Shown piece by piece: positions 60,120 to 64,000 of a DNA stretch of 64,000 bases (its first letter is position 1; the number at the start of each line of letters is the position of its first letter). Source of the DNA: an uncultured Nitrospiraceae bacterium (GTDB lineage Bacteria > Nitrospirota > Nitrospiria > Nitrospirales > Nitrospiraceae); the NCBI GenBank assembly GCA_963730935.1, contig CAVSTP010000004.1:1248001-1312000 (forward strand), given 5' to 3'. Below the pieces are notes generated by a model that saw nothing but the letters and a program-made list of their open reading frames with translations, was not told the origin of the DNA and did not search any database. The translations under genes and the position numbers were made by a program.

Positions 60120-60926
60120 CTATTCCTCGTCTTCTTCGTCCTTGCCCACCGACCGGCAGATGCCCCGTTTGGTCCCTTCAAGAAACGCCAGGACGGTCAT
60201 CACGTCCGGCTGATCGCCGAACTCCGCTTTCGCCAAGCGTGCGGCTTCGGCCATGCGATGGCCTGATCGAAACAGAATGTCATAGGCCCGCTTGAGAACC
60301 GCCACTCGGTCGGAAGAGAAGCCGTGGCGGCGTAGACCGACGGAATTGAGTCCGTACATCCGTGCCCGATAGCCCCCGGCCGCCCGCATGAAGGGCGGAA
60401 GGTCCTGTCCCAGCGCGCAGCAGCCGCCGACCATCGCATAGGCGCCGATGCGGACGTATTGATGGATGCCGGACAAGCCGCCGATGATCGCGTGGTCACC
60501 GATCGTAATATGGCCCGCCAGGCTCGCCGCGTTCGCCATGATCAATGAGTTGCCCAACCGGCAATCGTGCGCCACGTGGGTATAGGCCATGAGAAAATTC
60601 TTGTGGCCGATGGAGGTCACCCCACCGCCCTGCACTGTCGCCCGATTGACGGTCACATACTCGCGGAAGACGTTGTCATTTCCGACGACGACTTTCGTGG
60701 GCTCGCCTTTGTACCCCAGATGCTGCGGCGGTCCACCGATCGAGACGAAGGGATGAAGCTCGCACCGTTCACCGATCTCGGTCCATCCCTCCACGGTCAC
60801 CTGCGACAGCAGACGCGTCCCTTTGCCGAGCGTCACATGCTCTCCCACCACGCAGAACGGTCCGACGACGACGTCGTCGGCTAACTTTGCCTTGGGGTGG
60901 ACAATGGCATTGGGATGAATCTGCAC
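60120..60926 (-). CDS. lpxA: Acyl-ACP--UDP-GlcNAc acyltransferase
   Basis: Hexapeptide repeats, REYVT, HVAHDC, LAGH, GLNSVGLRR. Confidence 0.95.
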   Translation of the reverse strand: MQIHPNAIVHPKAKLADDVVVGPFCVVGEHVTLGKGTRLLSQVTVEGWTEIGERCELHPFVSIGGPPQHLGYKGEPTKVVVGNDNVFREYVTVNRATVQGGGVTSIGHKNFLMAYTHVAHDCRLGNSLIMANAASLAGHITIGDHAIIGGLSGIHQYVRIGAYAMVGGCCALGQDLPPFMRAAGGYRARMYGLNSVGLRRHGFSSDRVAVLKRAYDILFRSGHRMAEAARLAKAEFGDQPDVMTVLAFLEGTKRGICRSVGKDEEDEE

Positions 60927-60963
60927 GTAGACCTCCGGTAATGATCGGTGCTCGTGATCTCTG

Positions 60964-61407
60964 TCACGCTTTCTCTTCAGTCACCATGGCGGTGACCTCC
61001 GCTTCGCACACCAGTTCTGCTTCGACATACGCCTTGCCGGCCATCTTCCAGAAGGGCGACCGTTTTTTCAGTACGTCGATTTCGAAACGGAGCCGATCCC
61101 CAGGCACGACAGGCTTCCGGAACTTGGCCCCGTCCACCCCGGTCAGATACACCACCGGCTTGTTGGCTGGCCCCAAGGACTTGAAGGCGAGCAGCCCGCC
61201 GACCTGCGCCATCGCCTCCAAGATCAGGACTCCCGGCATGACGGGCCGTCCGGGGAAATGACCTTGGAAAAACGGTTCATTCACCGTCACGTTCTTGATG
61301 CCGACGATTCGCCGGTCCGGCTCGAGTTCCAGCACGCGATCAACGAGCAAGAATGGATAGCGATGCGGCAGGAGCGCCTGGATCTCGGCTTGTTCCATCA
61401 CGGCCAT
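60964..61407 (-). CDS. fabZ: 3-hydroxyacyl-ACP dehydratase
   Basis: LPHRYPFLLVDR, FFQGHFP, PGVLILEAMAQ. Confidence 0.97.
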   Translation of the reverse strand: MAVMEQAEIQALLPHRYPFLLVDRVLELEPDRRIVGIKNVTVNEPFFQGHFPGRPVMPGVLILEAMAQVGGLLAFKSLGPANKPVVYLTGVDGAKFRKPVVPGDRLRFEIDVLKKRSPFWKMAGKAYVEAELVCEAEVTAMVTEEKA

Positions 61408-61433
61408 CGTCGACTCCCCTTTTCGACTCTAAA

Positions 61434-61561
61434 GAGTGCTCAAAATGGCTGTTCGGCGAGGCCGCAGCAAGCGCATAAGCGATGCGAGAACTCAGCCTGG
61501 GCCAACGCGCGCCTCGGCGCGTCAGGGTTGGGCGAGTGAGATAAGTGCCATTTCCGCATTC
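61434..61561. repeat. Intergenic REP/MITE-like structured element
   Basis: Imperfect terminal inverted repeats GAGTGCTCAAAATGGC / GCCATTTCCGCATTC and an internal GC-rich hairpin at 61501-61533; resembles (from memory) a dispersed Nitrospira repeat. Confidence 0.5.
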
Positions 61562-62098
61562 TTACTTATTCACCTTATCGAATTCCTTCACCACCTGATC
61601 CGTCACGTCCAACCCACGCTGGTAATAGATCACGATCCGGATGAGGGCTTCGTTCCCGCGATCGATGACCGCAATGTACCCTTCCCTTTGCGCAACGACC
61701 TGAGCCGCCTCCTGGACTTTTTTTGTGTATTCGGCCACCATTTCGCGCTGCTTCTGCTGGATCTCCCGATTGAAGTCCGCTAGACGGCGCTGATACGCCT
61801 CCAGTTTCGCCTGGAACTGAGTCTGCTTTTCCTGTTTGGCTGCCTCGCTGAGTTTGGCATCCTGAACCGTCTGCTCCAGGTCCTTCAGCTCCTGATCATC
61901 TGAGCTAATGATTTTCTGTCTGGTCGCCTGATAGGCCTTCAGGTCCTCCAGCGCCCGTTTTCCCGCCTTGGACCGCTCAATGACGAGCTGCTGGTCCATG
62001 ACGCCAACTTTCACCGGTTCCGCCCCCAGCGTCATCGACGACATGGCCCACCAGAGCGGGCCCACCATCGCCAGCGCTATTATTGTGTGCCTCCCCAT
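61562..62098 (-). CDS. skp: OmpH/Skp periplasmic chaperone
   Basis: Signal peptide, KVGVMD, coiled-coil, DVTDQVV. Confidence 0.88.
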   Translation of the reverse strand: MGRHTIIALAMVGPLWWAMSSMTLGAEPVKVGVMDQQLVIERSKAGKRALEDLKAYQATRQKIISSDDQELKDLEQTVQDAKLSEAAKQEKQTQFQAKLEAYQRRLADFNREIQQKQREMVAEYTKKVQEAAQVVAQREGYIAVIDRGNEALIRIVIYYQRGLDVTDQVVKEFDKVNK

Positions 62099-62130
62099 GA
62101 TTCCTCCTCTGCCACCGGCTAATCCGGCGC

Positions 62131-62676
62131 TCACGGATACTCTTTGTTGAATTCTTCGATGACCTGACTCGTGATATCGAGCTCTTCATCACCGTAAATC
62201 GCGGGGCCGCCCTTACCTTTGTCGATGACCACTTGCAATCCATTTCGCTTGGCGACCTTGGCGACAACGGCCTCCACTTTATCACGGAACGCTTCGAGGA
62301 CATCCTTTTGTTTTTCTTGCACCTCTCGATTCAGCTCTCCCGCCTTCTGTTGGTATTCCGCCATACGGCGCCTGAACACTTGTTCGCGTTCGCTTTTCGC
62401 CGCCGGGCTGAGGACGCTGGCCTGCTTGATGAAATCCTCCTCCATGCGGCGCAGCTCCTTCTCTTCCATCTCGATCAACGCCTGACGATTCTTGGAGAAC
62501 GCGGTCAGCGAGTCCTTCGCCTTTTTCCCGGCGTTGGAGTCGTTGAGTACACGGGCCGGATCCATGAGGCCGATCTTGCCTTCGATCTTGGTCCCCGTGG
62601 CGCATCCCGCCATAGCAGCTATCCACGCCGCCAATGCCACCACCCACAGACCTCGACCCGATACAACCGTGTACAT
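62131..62676 (-). CDS. skp: OmpH/Skp periplasmic chaperone (possible lipoprotein)
   Basis: KIGLMD, coiled-coil, LDITSQVI; signal peptide ends in MAGC. Confidence 0.88.
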   Translation of the reverse strand: MYTVVSGRGLWVVALAAWIAAMAGCATGTKIEGKIGLMDPARVLNDSNAGKKAKDSLTAFSKNRQALIEMEEKELRRMEEDFIKQASVLSPAAKSEREQVFRRRMAEYQQKAGELNREVQEKQKDVLEAFRDKVEAVVAKVAKRNGLQVVIDKGKGGPAIYGDEELDITSQVIEEFNKEYP

Positions 62677-62686
62677 GGTCACCGTC

Positions 62687-64000
62687 CTAGAACAACGACC
62701 CGATTGTGAACTCGAACACGCCCTTCCGTTCTCCCGGGCGTGGATCGAGATTGATCCCATAGGCCGCCCGAAGCGGACCGAAGGGGGAGATCCAGCGTCC
62801 TTCAAATCCCGCCGACTTCCTCAAGTCGCTGAACGACACCGGTTCATTGTCGTTAAACCCATTTCCCCAATCGAAAAAGATCACACCGTTCAATTTCGCC
62901 TCGGACGAGATCGTGAAGATGAAATCGTTGTTGAAGATCAATTCCTTGGCGGCACCGAGCAAGGAGCCGCTCGCTGTGACGGGTCCCGCCCGACCAAAGA
63001 CGAATCCGCGCATCGTATTGATGCCGCCGACGAAGAACCGCTCCGTCAATGGAATGGGTTTTCCGCGCAGTCCTTCTGCCGAACCGTAGCGTGCATGGAT
63101 CGAGAATCTCGTATCAAACGGAAGGGGAGTGTATTTGATCGCATCGAGATAGTACTTGTAGAAATTGTTCGTCCCCCCCAGATACGGCGTCCCGAAGTCG
63201 AACCCCACGCTCGTCCGCAGGCCGCTTCGCGGGTCGAGGAAGTAGTCCCGTGTATCGCGGGCCAGGGTCGTCCGGAAGCCCGTCGTGGATTGGGTACCCA
63301 ATTGCGCAAGCACGAGTTCCGGCGCATCGACGGTCGGATCGCTGAAATCCAATTGCTCCGCCACGAAGCTGACGCTCCCGGTCACGTATTCGGACAGCCA
63401 TCGGCCGAACGTCAAACTGGCACCCGCCTTCTTTTCGAAGTAGGTAATGTAGTTCGTCATGCTACGGTAGACGTCTATTTGCATCGAGGTCAATGAGTCG
63501 TTCAGATAGGGATTCCGAAACGTGATCAGGCCGAGGGTCCGCTGTTGGCCCAGCTGCCCACGAATGCGGCCCATCCACCCGTTGCCGCCGAGATTACCCT
63601 CGGTGATGTCGGCGATGGCCACCAGTTTATCGAGCGTGCTGAAGCCGCCGCCGATGCTGAACTGCCCTGTCGGCTTTTCCTTGACCCGGACGTTGAGGTC
63701 GACCTTGTCCGCGTCGACCTGCTGCGGGAGAATTTCCACGGTCTCGAAGAAATTCAGGTTATTGAGGCGCTGAAAGCTCCGCTTGAGCGAGGGGGTATCG
63801 ATGACGTCCTGCTCATCGACGCGCAACTCGCGGCGGATGACGTTGTCTTTCGTCTTCTCGTTGCCGTGGATGTTGATCTGCCGGACGCGCATCATCTCGC
63901 CTTCCTTGATGTTGAGAATGATGGTGGCCGTGCGCTCCTCGGCGTTCGGATTCACATTCGGCACGACGTCCGCGAATGCATATCCCTTGCTGCCGTACAG
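62687..64000 (-). CDS. bamA: Outer membrane protein assembly factor BamA (partial, 5' part outside window)
   Basis: POTRA GNEKTKDNVIRRE, MRGF loop, WISPFGP, C-terminal FEFTIGSLF. Confidence 0.95.
   Translation of the reverse strand: MYGSKGYAFADVVPNVNPNAEERTATIILNIKEGEMMRVRQINIHGNEKTKDNVIRRELRVDEQDVIDTPSLKRSFQRLNNLNFFETVEILPQQVDADKVDLNVRVKEKPTGQFSIGGGFSTLDKLVAIADITEGNLGGNGWMGRIRGQLGQQRTLGLITFRNPYLNDSLTSMQIDVYRSMTNYITYFEKKAGASLTFGRWLSEYVTGSVSFVAEQLDFSDPTVDAPELVLAQLGTQSTTGFRTTLARDTRDYFLDPRSGLRTSVGFDFGTPYLGGTNNFYKYYLDAIKYTPLPFDTRFSIHARYGSAEGLRGKPIPLTERFFVGGINTMRGFVFGRAGPVTASGSLLGAAKELIFNNDFIFTISSEAKLNGVIFFDWGNGFNDNEPVSFSDLRKSAGFEGRWISPFGPLRAAYGINLDPRPGERKGVFEFTIGSLF

Noticed and set aside
61436..61783. 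115-aa + strand ORF starting MLKMAVRRGRS
   Set aside because: Starts in the repeat-like element and runs antisense to skp
59322..63496. Long + strand ORFs (314 aa, 334 aa) and similar antisense ORFs elsewhere
   Set aside because: Shadow frames opposite well-conserved genes in GC-rich DNA
1..64000. CRISPR arrays, tRNA/rRNA, transposases, restriction-modification or defence systems
   Set aside because: No spaced repeats or RNA gene signatures noticed; the methyltransferases look like small-molecule/glycan types, with no DNA-MTase catalytic motifs noticed

Overview
Bacterial cell-envelope glycan region, almost entirely on the minus strand. A Nitrospira-like origin is inferred from gene order and an intergenic repeat; it was not verified. 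In transcription order (right to left): (1) about 64.0-50.8 kb is a lipid A/outer-membrane operon (bamA partial, 2x skp, fabZ, lpxA, lpxI, gnnA-like, lpxB, msbA, a decayed DUF374/LpxJ-family gene, waaA, lpxK, waaF-gmhB fusion); (2) about 50.8-41.3 kb holds LPS core glycosyltransferases with a pair of methyltransferases; (3) one inverted SGNH gene follows; (4) from 38.6 kb to beyond the left edge runs a >38-kb co-oriented surface-polysaccharide cluster. That cluster is headed by a sigma70-like promoter with a palindromic operator, a wHTH-Rossmann regulator and a UpxY/LoaP-type NusG antiterminator. It contains a Wzx/Wzy-type module and a Wzm/Wzt module, a GDP-mannose 3,5-epimerase homolog and an embedded glutamine-dependent NAD synthetase. 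The whole window has about 13 methyltransferase domains. The most striking DNA-level signal is an 867-bp direct repeat (32995-33861 / 35326-36192). It has a 10-bp microhomology junction inside a truncated oxidoreductase and two different, homologous methyltransferase tails, which looks like a polysaccharide-cassette switch caught in the act (or a strain-chimeric assembly). No rRNA, tRNA, CRISPR or transposase was seen. All calls come from reading motifs by eye; no searches were run.
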